Shown piece after piece: positions 9,156 to 18,920 of a DNA stretch of 64,000 nucleotides. The DNA comes from Gammaproteobacteria bacterium (GTDB lineage: Bacteria > Pseudomonadota > Gammaproteobacteria > UBA5335 > SLRW01): positions 252 to 64,251 of the forward strand of contig DASQZM010000008.1 in the NCBI GenBank assembly GCA_035638695.1, in the 5' to 3' direction. The notes below the pieces were generated by a model. It saw only the letters and a list, made by a program, of their open reading frames with translations. It searched no databases and was not told the DNA's origin. Every line of letters begins with the position of its first letter. The first letter of the stretch is position 1. The position numbers and the translations under genes are program-made.

Positions 9156-9815
9156 ATGTTCAGGCTGTACGGCTTTGCAGTCAGCAACTACTACAACGTC
9201 GTCAAGACGGCGATGCTGGAAAAGGGGCTGGAATTCGAAGAGGTGCTCGTCTACCCGTCGGACGACCCCGACTACCTGGAAAAGAGCCCCATGGGCAAGG
9301 TGCCCTGCCTGGAGACGGAGGAGGGTGTGGTTTCCGAGTCCCAGGTGATGCTGGACTATCTGGAGGACATCCGCCCCGAGCCGCGGCTGTATCCGGTCGA
9401 CGCCTTCCCGCGAGCCAAGGTGCGCGAGCTGCTGCGTGTGATCGAGCTCTACCTCGAGCTGCCAGCGCGTCGGCTGTACCCGGAGGCTTTCTTCGGCGGC
9501 AGCGTTTCCGAGCAGACCCGCACGGAGGTCCGGCCGGCACTGGCGAAAGGTACGGCCGCTCTGCGCCGGCTCGCGCGCTTCGAACCCTTCCTGGCGGGGC
9601 GTGACTTCAGCTATGCCGACATCGGCGCCGCCATTCACCTGCCGCTGATCGGCGAGGCCGGGCGGCGGATCTACGGCGAGAGCCCGCTGGCTGATCTGGG
9701 CGAGCTCGGGCCGTATCTCAAGCGCGTGCGCGAGCGGCCCTCGTTCCAGCGCACGCTTGACGATAACCGCCAGGCGCTGGAGGCGTATCTCAAGTCACGC
9801 GGGTCGCAGCGGTGA
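9156..9815 (+). CDS. glutathione S-transferase
   Basis: MFRLYGFAVSNYYNVVKTAMLEKGLEFEEV...SPMGKVPCLE is a typical GST N-domain. GGAGG RBS. Confidence 0.9.
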   Translation: MFRLYGFAVSNYYNVVKTAMLEKGLEFEEVLVYPSDDPDYLEKSPMGKVPCLETEEGVVSESQVMLDYLEDIRPEPRLYPVDAFPRAKVRELLRVIELYLELPARRLYPEAFFGGSVSEQTRTEVRPALAKGTAALRRLARFEPFLAGRDFSYADIGAAIHLPLIGEAGRRIYGESPLADLGELGPYLKRVRERPSFQRTLDDNRQALEAYLKSRGSQR

Positions 9816-9827
9816 CGGACCGCCGGG

Positions 9828-10448
9828 TCAGCCTCGCCCGGGCGGAGCCGGGCGGGGGTTGAAACCGAAACGCTCCGATACTGCCGAGGAAGGCAGGCTG
9901 GCGATGCGACAGTTCGTGCCGCCGTATGCAAGCGTAATGCCCGTGTCGTGTTCGGCGCCGGCCTCGGCGTGTTGCATGGCCTGTCCAATCCGCTCCGCCA
10001 GCTGCTCATCGTCCAGCGCGCCCCCTTCCCGGTCGCGGAACGCCGTGCTCAGCCCGATCAGGTCCCGATCGTCCAGCACGCCGATACCGCTTCCCCCGAG
10101 CAGGAGGAGGTTGCCGCCCTCGTCGATCCATGCCCGCCCCACCCGTTGTACGGGGACGCCGGTATGCGTCCGGAGGCTGCCGGCCGCTGTCGGTTCGCGG
10201 TCCGGGCACAGGTGGTAGATCCAGGGAGTGTAGGCGAGCGTGACGTAAACCCGCTGCGGCCCGTTCTGGAACAGCCAGCGACCGTGCTCGTCGCCCATGT
10301 AGTTGCGGTTGATGAACTCGATGGTGCGCGGATGCGTGATCAGGCGTTCCCGCAGCAGCCAGCGGCCGCGCCGGTCCAGCGAAAGCCAGTCGTAGGCGGC
10401 CGGCACCTTCGGCCACTTGGTCATCGCGCGGCGGACGCTTTGGTCCAT
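9828..10448 (-). CDS. conserved hypothetical protein
   Basis: 206-aa segment from MDQSVRRAMTKWPKVPAAYDWLSLDRRGRWLL with coding-like composition. The upstream part of the 429-aa track ORF is off-frame read-through of fadD. Confidence 0.65.
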   Translation of the reverse strand: MDQSVRRAMTKWPKVPAAYDWLSLDRRGRWLLRERLITHPRTIEFINRNYMGDEHGRWLFQNGPQRVYVTLAYTPWIYHLCPDREPTAAGSLRTHTGVPVQRVGRAWIDEGGNLLLLGGSGIGVLDDRDLIGLSTAFRDREGGALDDEQLAERIGQAMQHAEAGAEHDTGITLAYGGTNCRIASLPSSAVSERFGFNPRPAPPGRG

Positions 10449-10489
10449 CGGATACCTCGCGCTTGCGCCTGCCGGGCCCGCCCGGGGTG

Positions 10490-12160
10490 TCAGCGCAGCT
10501 CCTTGCGCAGGATCTTGCCGACGTTGCTCTTGGGCAGCTCGTCGCGGAACTCGATCTGCTTGGGCACCTTGTAGCCGGTCAGGTTCTTGCGGCAATGCGC
10601 GATGATCGACTCGCGCGTGACCTGCTGGTCGCGCGGCACCACGAAGGCCTTGATGGTCTCGCCCGACTTCTCGTCCGGAATGCCCACCACGGCTGCCTCC
10701 ACCACGCCGGGGTGCTGCGCCAGGATCTCTTCCACCTCGTTGGGAAACACGTTGAACCCGGAGACATTGATCATGTCCTTCTTGCGGTCCACCAGGCGGA
10801 AGTAGCCGTCCTCGTCCATCACCCCCATGTCGCCCGTGTGCAGCCAGCCGGTCCGCTCGTCGAGAGTGCGGGCGCTCTCTTCCGGCCGGCGCCAGTAGCC
10901 GTGCATCACCTGCGGGCCGCGCACGCAGATCTCGCCCGTCTCGCCGGGACCCAGCAGATACCCCTCGTCGTCCTGGATCGACATCTCGGTGGAGGAGATG
11001 GGCATTCCGATCTTGCCGCTGTACTCCTTCAGGTCGAGCGGATTGATCGCCGCGGCCGGCGAGGTCTCGGTCAGCCCGTAGGCCTCGATCAGCGGGACGC
11101 CGGTAAGATCCTTCCACCGCTCCGCGACAGCCCTCTGCACGGCCATGCCGCCACCTAGCGCGACCTTGAGGTGGCTGAAATCCAGGCGCCGGAAAGGCTC
11201 GTAATTGAGCAGCGCGTTGAACAGCGTGTTCACACCGGTGATCACCGTAAAAGGATAACGCGCGATCTCCCTGGTGAAGCTCTTCAGGTCGCGGGGATTC
11301 GTGATCAACACGTTCAGACCGCCGATGGCGACGAAAGTCAGGCAGTTCGCGGTCAGCGAGAAGATATGATAGAGAGGCAGCGCGGTGACGACGATCTCGC
11401 GGCCTTCCTCGATCACGGGCGACATCCAGGCGCGCGCCTGCAGCATGTTCGACACGATGTTGCCGTGGGTCAGGATCGCGCCCTTGGAAACGCCGGTGGT
11501 GCCGCCGGTGTACTGGAGGAAGGCGATGTCCTCATGGGCCAGGCGCGGCGTCTCCAGCTGCCTGGCCGCGCCCCGCGCGAGCGCGTCCCGCAGCCGGATC
11601 GCCGCCGGCAGATGATAGCTCGGCACCATGCGGCGCACATATCGCACCACGAAGTTGACCAGGGCGCGTCTGGGCCCGGGGAACAGGTCGCCGATCGCGG
11701 TCGTGACCACCCGCTCCACCGGCACGTCCCGGCGGACCCGCTCCAGAGTGTGGGCGAAGTTGTCGACGATCACGATGGCGCGCGCATCCGCGTCGTTGAG
11801 CTGGTGCTCGAGTTCGCGCGGCGTGTACATCGGATTGACGTTGACCGCGACCATGCCTGCGCGCAGGATCCCGAACAGCACCACCGGGTACTGCAGCAGG
11901 TTGGGCATCATGATGGCCACGCGCTCGCCCCGGGACAGACCCAGCTCCTGCTGCAGGAAGGCGGCGAACTGCAGGCTCAGCCGGTCGAGCTGAGCGTACG
12001 TGAGCTCCACCCCCATGTTGGTGAAGGCGGGCTTGTCCGCGTAGTCGCGGCAGCTGGCTTCCAGGATGTCGACGATCGACGCGTAGGTGTCTGGGTCGAT
12101 TTCGGCCGGCACCCCTTCGGGATAGTGCTTCAGCCAGATCTTCTCCACGGGCTTGTCCAC
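10490..12160 (-). CDS. fadD: long-chain fatty acid--CoA ligase
   Basis: AMP-binding motifs [12 protein letters not shown] and GWLHTGD. GTG start at 12160 preceded by GGAGAGGAGG. Confidence 0.9.
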   Translation of the reverse strand: MDKPVEKIWLKHYPEGVPAEIDPDTYASIVDILEASCRDYADKPAFTNMGVELTYAQLDRLSLQFAAFLQQELGLSRGERVAIMMPNLLQYPVVLFGILRAGMVAVNVNPMYTPRELEHQLNDADARAIVIVDNFAHTLERVRRDVPVERVVTTAIGDLFPGPRRALVNFVVRYVRRMVPSYHLPAAIRLRDALARGAARQLETPRLAHEDIAFLQYTGGTTGVSKGAILTHGNIVSNMLQARAWMSPVIEEGREIVVTALPLYHIFSLTANCLTFVAIGGLNVLITNPRDLKSFTREIARYPFTVITGVNTLFNALLNYEPFRRLDFSHLKVALGGGMAVQRAVAERWKDLTGVPLIEAYGLTETSPAAAINPLDLKEYSGKIGMPISSTEMSIQDDEGYLLGPGETGEICVRGPQVMHGYWRRPEESARTLDERTGWLHTGDMGVMDEDGYFRLVDRKKDMINVSGFNVFPNEVEEILAQHPGVVEAAVVGIPDEKSGETIKAFVVPRDQQVTRESIIAHCRKNLTGYKVPKQIEFRDELPKSNVGKILRKELR

Positions 12161-12310
12161 GGCCTCCTCTCCTCCCTTCGCGCGGGACTCCGGGCCGGCA
12201 CGCGGGAACGCGCCGCATCGTTCGGGGCGCAGCGGTTGCCGCTGTGGTGCGCGCGCTCCATCCCTCGCGCGCACGAAAACGCAAATTATACTGTATCCGG
12301 CGCGACGGTT

Positions 12311-13267
12311 TCAGCGGTGGTCCCCCGCGAACCCGCCCGTATCGTCGAGCCGGCGACTGCGAATGGCGTCGCGGCCGGCTTCCTTGGCTTCATACAGCGC
12401 CAGATCGGCCGCCTGCAGCAGGTCCGACGGGGACACCTTCGGGCCGGGACAGGCCGCGGCGGCGCCGATGCTCACCGTCACCCGGTCGCCGCGCACGCGC
12501 GTGCCCGCGTGGGGCATCTCTTCCCGCCGTAGCGACCGCATGATCCGGGCGGCGACGGCCAGACCGCCGCGCAGCGGGGTCTCGGGAATGACCACCACGA
12601 ACTCCTCGCCGCCGTAGCGGGCGGCGAGATCGCTGCCCCGCTTGAGCTCGTCCTGGATCACGCGGCCGATGCGCTGCAGGCACTCGTCGCCGCGCTGGTG
12701 GCCGTAGCGGTCGTTGTAGGCCTTGAAGTCGTCGACGTCGATCATCAGCAGGCACAGTGGGCGGTCGCCGTGGCGGGCGGCGCTCTTCCACTGCCGTTGC
12801 AGGAATCCGTCGAAGCCCCGGCGATTCGCCAGCCCGGTCAGCGGATCCTCCGTGGACAGCCGGGCGAGCCGGCGGTTGGCCTCGGCCAGCTCGCGGCGCA
12901 TCGCCGCGATACGCTGCATGGCGAGAATCTTGGCGCGCAGCACCAGCGGGTTGACCGGCTTGGTCAGGTAATCGTCGCCGCCGGCTTCGATACCCTCGGC
13001 GACGTCCCGGTCCTCGACCCGGCCGCTGAGGAAGATGATGGGGATCCACTCGTGCGGCAGCGCCTGGCGCATGGCACGGGCCACCTCCAGTCCGCTCTGG
13101 CCCGGCATGATTACGTCCATCAGCACGAGGTCGGGACGTTCGTCCCGGTACAGGCGCAGCGCCTCATCACCGTCACGGGCCACCATCACGCCGTGCCCCA
13201 TGGCGCGGATGTGCTTGTCCAGCACAGCGAGGCTGGTGCGGCTGTCGTCCGCGATCAGCACCCGCAT
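12311..13267 (-). CDS. response regulator receiver-GGDEF diguanylate cyclase
   Basis: MRVLIADDSRTS...LVLMDVIMPG receiver domain. GGEEF active site with RGSD I-site. Confidence 0.9.
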   Translation of the reverse strand: MRVLIADDSRTSLAVLDKHIRAMGHGVMVARDGDEALRLYRDERPDLVLMDVIMPGQSGLEVARAMRQALPHEWIPIIFLSGRVEDRDVAEGIEAGGDDYLTKPVNPLVLRAKILAMQRIAAMRRELAEANRRLARLSTEDPLTGLANRRGFDGFLQRQWKSAARHGDRPLCLLMIDVDDFKAYNDRYGHQRGDECLQRIGRVIQDELKRGSDLAARYGGEEFVVVIPETPLRGGLAVAARIMRSLRREEMPHAGTRVRGDRVTVSIGAAAACPGPKVSPSDLLQAADLALYEAKEAGRDAIRSRRLDDTGGFAGDHR

Positions 13268-13415
13268 CGCCGTGCGCGACGCGCTGTGCCCGTACTGGGA
13301 ATCGCGTTCCGTCAACGTGCCTCCCTGTGCCCACTCTCCGTGGCGCCTGGACCGGGTTAGTAATTCTGCCCCGCCGTCCCGGATACCGGGGTGGCGGGAT
13401 GGTCTTGTACCCTCG

Positions 13416-14786
13416 TCAGGTACGCCCGTTCCGTGTGCCTGGCTGATCTCCGCTGGGGCTTCCGGCTTCCGCGTTCCCCGCCACCAGCTGCCCCAGCGTC
13501 CGGCCCTCGAGGGCGGCGCGGGTGGCATCCGCGACCGCTGTGCGCACGTCGGCCACCGGCGGCGCCAGACTCGCGGGCCGCGGCCGCGGCAGATCGGGAT
13601 GCCGGTCGCGGCTCGCCTCGATCACGTCCAGCAGGGCGATCGACGCGGGATCCGCGCCCGGCACGAACCCGGGTGCCGGCTCATCGATTTCGAGCAGCAG
13701 TCCGTGCGCGACCAGGGCGTTCAGCACATTGCCCATCTGGTAGCCGGGGATACCCAGCAGGGCAGCCAGCACGTCCTCGTCCGGGGGCGGGTCGCGGCGC
13801 CGGAACCGCAGCGCGGTCCAATACATGATCGCCAGGGCCACGCCTTCCGGGTCCGCCGTTTCCAGATCGTGCGGCAACGGATTGCGGCTGACAAAGTGCG
13901 GATTCTGCACGTAGAAGGCGATTTGTGCACCCACGAGGAAGACCAGCCAGCTTATGTATATCCATACCAGGGCCAGGATGACGACGGCGAAACCGGAGTA
14001 CACGAGGTCATAGCGAACTGAGGAAGCGGCAAACGACGCGAAGATCATGCCGATCAGCTTCCAGGCGACGCCGGCGATAATGCCGCCGGCCAGCGACGGT
14101 TTCAGCCGCACCCGGGTGTTCGGCAGCAGCAGGTAGGTGATGGTGAAGGCCGCGACCACCAGCAGGTAGGGCAGCAGCTCTCCGAACAGGTAAAGCGCGA
14201 GGCCGAAGGGCTCGATCCCCCGCAGGGCCGCCACGACATGGTGGCTCAGCAGAGAGGCGGTGGTCCCCACGGCCGCCAGCACCAGCACGGGGCCGATCAC
14301 GATCACGCTCAGGTAGCCGCTGAAACGCTGGACCAGACTGCGGCGACGCTGGATGCGCCAGATCCGGTTGAGCGCGTCCTCGATCTTCTGGATCAGCGAG
14401 ATCACCATCGCGATCAGCAACACCAGCCCGACCGAGCCGAGCACCCCCACGCGCACGCGTTCTACGAAGCCGATAATGTGATGGGCGAGCTCCGCCCCCT
14501 TGGGCCCGAGTGGGGCGAAGAAGGTGAGCAGCAGAGGCTCGATCTCGGCGTGAATGCCGAACGCCTTGAGTACCGAAAAGCTCAAGGCCAGCAGCGGAAC
14601 CAGGGCGAGCAGCGTGGTGTAGACGAGGCTCATGGCGCGCATGGTCAGCTCGCCCGAGAACAGGTCGCGCAGCACGTTGAACCCCAGGCGGAGCCCGTGC
14701 AGGGCGTGCGCCTGGAGGCGTGGCATCGTGTCCGCTTCGCGCGCCCATAGCAGGCGCGCGATCAGATCCAGTGGATTTTCCTTCAT
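13416..14786 (-). CDS. YihY/BrkB family inner membrane protein with C-terminal extension
   Basis: 456 aa, multiple TM segments. N-terminal pattern LRLGFNVLRDLFSGELTMRAMSLVYTTLLALVPLLAL. Confidence 0.85.
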   Translation of the reverse strand: MKENPLDLIARLLWAREADTMPRLQAHALHGLRLGFNVLRDLFSGELTMRAMSLVYTTLLALVPLLALSFSVLKAFGIHAEIEPLLLTFFAPLGPKGAELAHHIIGFVERVRVGVLGSVGLVLLIAMVISLIQKIEDALNRIWRIQRRRSLVQRFSGYLSVIVIGPVLVLAAVGTTASLLSHHVVAALRGIEPFGLALYLFGELLPYLLVVAAFTITYLLLPNTRVRLKPSLAGGIIAGVAWKLIGMIFASFAASSVRYDLVYSGFAVVILALVWIYISWLVFLVGAQIAFYVQNPHFVSRNPLPHDLETADPEGVALAIMYWTALRFRRRDPPPDEDVLAALLGIPGYQMGNVLNALVAHGLLLEIDEPAPGFVPGADPASIALLDVIEASRDRHPDLPRPRPASLAPPVADVRTAVADATRAALEGRTLGQLVAGNAEAGSPSGDQPGTRNGRT

Positions 14787-14814
14787 CCTCGCGCCTTCCC
14801 TTCCCGACCGGCGC

Positions 14815-16278
14815 TCAGCGCCACTTGTTGCGGTTCAGCCGCCGCACGAATTCCTCGAGGATTGCCAGGTAGAGCCCGTTCCCGAGCGTGGCGTCCTCAA
14901 CACCGCCGTCGATGCTGGGATTGTCGTTAACCTCGATGACAAACACCCCGCTGTCATTCTGCTTTACGTCCACCCCGTAGAGACCATCCCCGATCAGGTT
15001 GGCGGCGCGCAGCGCGGTCTGCACCACGTCGTCGGGCGCCTGGTCGATGGCCACCGCGCGGGAGCCACCCTCGGAGACACCGCCGCGCGCACCGTACTTG
15101 ACGATCTGCCAGTGGCTCCCGGACATGAAGTACTGGCACGCGTAGAGAGGTTGCCGGTTAAGTATCCCGATGCGCCAGTCATAGTCGGTGTAGAGGTACT
15201 CCTGGGCCAGGATGAGCTCCGAGTGCTCCAGCAGCCGCTGTCCGATCGCCTCCAGCTCGTCCCGGTTGCCCGCCTTGTGCACGCCCAGCGAGAAGGCCCC
15301 GTCGGGAATCTTGAGCACCACCGGGTAGCCCAGCTGCTGGTCTACCTGCAGCAGGCGGTCCTTTTGTACGATCACCGTGCGTGGCGTGGGCACCCCGGAG
15401 GCCGCGAGCAGCTCGGCGAGGAAGACCTTGTTGGTGCAGCGCAGGATCGAGTCGGGATCGTCGATGACCACCATGCCCTCGGCTTCCGCCTTGCGCGCGA
15501 AGCGGAAGGTATGGTCGCCAATCCGGGTCGTCTCCCGGATGAACAGGGCATCGAACTCGGGCAGGCGGGAAAAGTCTCTGCGGCCGATGAGCTCAACGTC
15601 CACGCCCAGGTGCTTGCCGGCCCGGACGAACGCCTGCAGCGCCCGACGGTTGGAGGGGGGCAGCTTCTCTTCCGGGTCCTGCAGGATCGCCAGATCGTAG
15701 CGAGCCGGCGTGCGCGCCGGAGGGCTGCGCCAGCGGCGTCCCAGGTAGACCGACAGTGCGTCCTGCAGCAGCTCACGCTCGCTCCTGCTCAGCGACGTAA
15801 GCTGCTGTGCGCGGATGCGGTGCAGTCGCCAGCGCTTGTTGTCGCGGCGCAGCTCGACCCGCAGCATGGGGCACGGGAACAGCTCGAATAGCTGTCGGGC
15901 GAGTTCGCGGAAGGCGGGATCGGCGCAGTGCCCCAGCAGGATGGTCAGCGACAGCGACAGTTCCTCGCGCCGTCGTAGCAGCCGCTGCAGACTGTCGTCG
16001 AAATCTTCCGCGGCGAGCTCGTAGATGGGCTTGCGGCTCAGCTCCAGCACCGTACGCACGGAGGGGATCACGCGATGGCGGCGGGCTTCCGCCAGCAGCG
16101 AGCAGTAGTAGCCCAGGCTCAGGTAGCGGTAGCTTCGGCAAAGGTTGATCACCTTGATCCCGCGGGTGCCGGCGTAGTGCTTACCGGCGATGTAATCCGC
16201 GGCGGTGACCACCAGCTGGTCCGGCAGGTCCGCGGTCCAGTCGGACCGGTTTTCGACCACGATGACGTGCGTCGCCAT
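14815..16278 (-). CDS. RimK-family ATP-grasp ligase with RimK-like N-terminal (RLAN) domain
   Basis: ATP-grasp C-terminal half (GYPVVLKIPDGAFSLGV, EYLYTDYDWRIGIL, VIEVNDNPSID). Start taken at MATHVIVVEN. Confidence 0.85.
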   Translation of the reverse strand: MATHVIVVENRSDWTADLPDQLVVTAADYIAGKHYAGTRGIKVINLCRSYRYLSLGYYCSLLAEARRHRVIPSVRTVLELSRKPIYELAAEDFDDSLQRLLRRREELSLSLTILLGHCADPAFRELARQLFELFPCPMLRVELRRDNKRWRLHRIRAQQLTSLSRSERELLQDALSVYLGRRWRSPPARTPARYDLAILQDPEEKLPPSNRRALQAFVRAGKHLGVDVELIGRRDFSRLPEFDALFIRETTRIGDHTFRFARKAEAEGMVVIDDPDSILRCTNKVFLAELLAASGVPTPRTVIVQKDRLLQVDQQLGYPVVLKIPDGAFSLGVHKAGNRDELEAIGQRLLEHSELILAQEYLYTDYDWRIGILNRQPLYACQYFMSGSHWQIVKYGARGGVSEGGSRAVAIDQAPDDVVQTALRAANLIGDGLYGVDVKQNDSGVFVIEVNDNPSIDGGVEDATLGNGLYLAILEEFVRRLNRNKWR

Positions 16279-16283
16279 CGCCT

Positions 16284-17462
16284 CTAGCCCTTTCGGCGAC
16301 GGCGGCGCGCGGGTTCCGGATTGCGCAGGATCACGACCGCGCGCTGGCCGGTCTTGCCGTAGCGGGACATTCCCTCGAACTCCTCCTTCAGGATGGGCAT
16401 GTTGGTGCAGTCCGTGCGGGTGTGCCCCTCGTCTTGATCGACGTAGGGATCGTGAACGTAAATCAGGTTGTCGTCGCAACCGGTCACCACGACCCAGTGC
16501 GGCGCTTTCTCGCCGTAGATCCGGTAGGAGCTGATCAGCACCAGCGGGACGCCGCCGCCCCCGACGGCGGCCGCGAGATCGGCCACGGAAAAGGAGCCGT
16601 AGCGCAGACGGATCTCGGAGGAACGAATCTCGTCCAGCAGGTCCTCGTGGACCAGCGCGATGACTTCCTTCTTCTCCGGCGAGCGCACCGAGTCGACAAA
16701 CAGGGCCGCCTCATCCTTGACCGCCACCTCCACGTCGAACCCCCGGTGGTACGCGGCGAGGGCCAGCCCGTACGGGCCGCAGCCACCATGGCCGGCGGTC
16801 ATGAAGATGGTCGTCGCCTCGCGCCAGAGGCGCAACTCGAGCTTGCGGTCGGGGCGCAGCGAAGGCCGCAGCGCTTTCATGGCCATGATCAGGGCGGCCG
16901 GGCCGCAGGTGAACTCCAGCGTCTGCTCATAATAGGGGACGCGCCGGAGGCCTTCGGGACGATCGCCGACAAGTGTCTTCTCCAGCCGCAGGGCGTCCTC
17001 GTGATCCTCATAGTAGTCGGCGTGCACGTCGAACTGCCGGTAACCGCTGGCCTGGTAGAGGGCCAGGGCGCGGCGATTGTCGCGCCGGATCTCCAGCCGC
17101 ATGGCGATCACGCCGTGCTCACGGGACGCCTTTTCGGCCGCCTCGAGCAGCCTACGGCCGAGCCCTTCGCCGCGATGGTGCGGATCCACGGCGAGGGAAT
17201 ACAGCCGTGCCATGCAGGTCCCGGCGTGGAACAGCACCAATGCATATCCCAGCAGGGCGTGGTCGCGTTCGGCCACCAGCGTCCTCGCCTTGGCCCGCGT
17301 GAGCATGTGCCGGAAGCTGCGCCGTGACAGGCGGTCCGTCTCGAAGCAGCGATTCTCGAGCTCGAGCAGCGCGTCCAGGTCAGACGGGCGCGCCGGTCGA
17401 ACGCGGGGCGCCCGATGCAGCCCGGCGGCCGCTCCGGCCACGGATGTCCTGCGGCTGGTCAT
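16284..17462 (-). CDS. GNAT N-acetyltransferase fused to a C39-like papain-fold peptidase
   Basis: GNAT core RGEGLGRRLLEAAE. Peptidase part has FTCGPAAL (Cys), APHWVVVTG (His) and VHDP. GAAGGAAGAG RBS. 5-nt gap to the RimK-like gene. Confidence 0.8.
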   Translation of the reverse strand: MTSRRTSVAGAAAGLHRAPRVRPARPSDLDALLELENRCFETDRLSRRSFRHMLTRAKARTLVAERDHALLGYALVLFHAGTCMARLYSLAVDPHHRGEGLGRRLLEAAEKASREHGVIAMRLEIRRDNRRALALYQASGYRQFDVHADYYEDHEDALRLEKTLVGDRPEGLRRVPYYEQTLEFTCGPAALIMAMKALRPSLRPDRKLELRLWREATTIFMTAGHGGCGPYGLALAAYHRGFDVEVAVKDEAALFVDSVRSPEKKEVIALVHEDLLDEIRSSEIRLRYGSFSVADLAAAVGGGGVPLVLISSYRIYGEKAPHWVVVTGCDDNLIYVHDPYVDQDEGHTRTDCTNMPILKEEFEGMSRYGKTGQRAVVILRNPEPARRRRRKG

Positions 17463-17741
17463 CTCTTCCTTCACACTCCCGTGCGGGGCCTCGCGAAGAC
17501 GGGGCCGGGTGGCAACCGGAGGGCCTCCCCGCGCCGAGCGCTCCGGCGCTCCGCCCCGGGTGTCGGCCGGGAGCCCTGCCCGCGGGCTGCCGGGGAACGG
17601 GTCATCGGACGCGGGCATCATCGACGAGCCCGGCGGGCACCACCATGACACGCGACAATGGAAGCCTACAGCGCCCGGGCTGGCAACTGCGGCCCATCGG
17701 GATCAAAATGCCCGGATAACACCGAATCGCGCGCAAGGGCA

Positions 17742-18878
17742 ATGCCCCTGGAACACGAACACAGCAGGGCCCTGCGCAGCCGCCTGGAGCGCCTGCTGCG
17801 GGATGCCCAGCACAACGAGGCGGTACATCGGCGGCTGCAGTCGCTGGAGCTCCGCCTTATCGCCGCGCAGAGCCTGGGCGAGATGCTCAGCGTGCTGCTG
17901 AGCGAATATCCGCGCGCCTACCGCCTGAGCCACGTCACGCTCATGTTGGCCAGCCCCGGCCCTACGCTGCGCCGGGTGATCGCCGGGGAGGAGGCCGGCG
18001 CTGAGTGGGCCGAACAGCTGGTCTTCGCGGATCGGCTGACGGACGTGATGCACCTGGAGCGCCTCGGTCCGAGGCCGAGTCTGGGACCCTACGATCCAGA
18101 GCATCACGCGCCGCTGTTCCCCGGCAAGAGCCTGCCGCCCGCCAGCGTCGCGCTATTGCCGATGCAGGGGCACGGGCGCCTGATGGGCCTGCTCAACCTC
18201 GGTAGCCCCGATCCCGGCCGGTTCCGGCGCGGCGCCGCCAGCGACTTCCTGGCCCGCTTCGCCGCGGTGGCGGCGATGTGCCTGGAGAACGGGGTTAATC
18301 GCCAGCTGCTGCGGGAAGTCAGCCTGACCGACCCCTTGACTCAGGTACGCAACCGCCGCTACTTCGACGAGCGGCTGCAGGAAGAGCTGCGGAGGGCGTC
18401 CCGGCAGCAGGGGTCGCTGGGGTGCCTGTTCATGGACCTGGATCACTTCAAGCATCTCAACGACGCCCACGGTCACGCCGCGGGCGACCGCGTGCTGGCC
18501 GGGGTGGCGCGCCGGGTCCAGTCCCAGCTGCGCGCCAGCGACGTCCTGGCGCGCTACGGCGGCGAGGAGTTCGTGGCGCTGCTGCCCGACGCCGATGCGG
18601 CGCACACGGCGCGGGTCGGTGAACGCATCCGTGCCGCGGCGGCAGCGGAATCCTTCGCCTCGGCGGCCGATGGGCCCCTGTACGTCACCCTGTCGATCGG
18701 TGGCGCGGCGGGGGTTCCCCCGGCAGCCGCCACCGCAGGCGGCGAGCGGCTGCACGCCTGGGGTGCGGCGCTGCTGCACACGGCCGACCGTGCCCTCTAC
18801 GAGGCAAAGGCTTCCGGGCGGGACCGGATGGTCCTCCGCGAGCAACCGGCAAACCGCGTTTCCCGGGCGCGACGCTGA
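17742..18878 (+). CDS. DUF484/GAF-like sensor-GGDEF diguanylate cyclase
   Basis: GGEEF with RASD I-site. Start taken at MPLEHEHSRAL. The last 12 codons and the stop lie inside repeat F1. Confidence 0.85.
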   Translation: MPLEHEHSRALRSRLERLLRDAQHNEAVHRRLQSLELRLIAAQSLGEMLSVLLSEYPRAYRLSHVTLMLASPGPTLRRVIAGEEAGAEWAEQLVFADRLTDVMHLERLGPRPSLGPYDPEHHAPLFPGKSLPPASVALLPMQGHGRLMGLLNLGSPDPGRFRRGAASDFLARFAAVAAMCLENGVNRQLLREVSLTDPLTQVRNRRYFDERLQEELRRASRQQGSLGCLFMDLDHFKHLNDAHGHAAGDRVLAGVARRVQSQLRASDVLARYGGEEFVALLPDADAAHTARVGERIRAAAAAESFASAADGPLYVTLSIGGAAGVPPAAATAGGERLHAWGAALLHTADRALYEAKASGRDRMVLREQPANRVSRARR

Positions 18879-18899
18879 AAAAGGCCATGGAGGGGCTTG
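18842..18899. repeat. hairpin repeat F, copy 1
   Basis: GCAACCGGCAAACCGCGTTTCCCGGGCGCGACGCTGAAAAAGGCCATGGAGGGGCTTG shares all three blocks with 53101-53171. Confidence 0.6.
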
Positions 18900-18920
18900 T
18901 TCCGCACCCCCCTGGGGCCG

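Noticed and set aside
3959-18878. Three c-di-GMP genes (HD-GYP, REC-GGDEF, DUF484-GGDEF) within 15 kb, considered as a dedicated signalling island.
   Set aside because: They are separated by unrelated housekeeping genes on different transcription units. Such genes are numerous in gammaproteobacteria, so the clustering is probably incidental.
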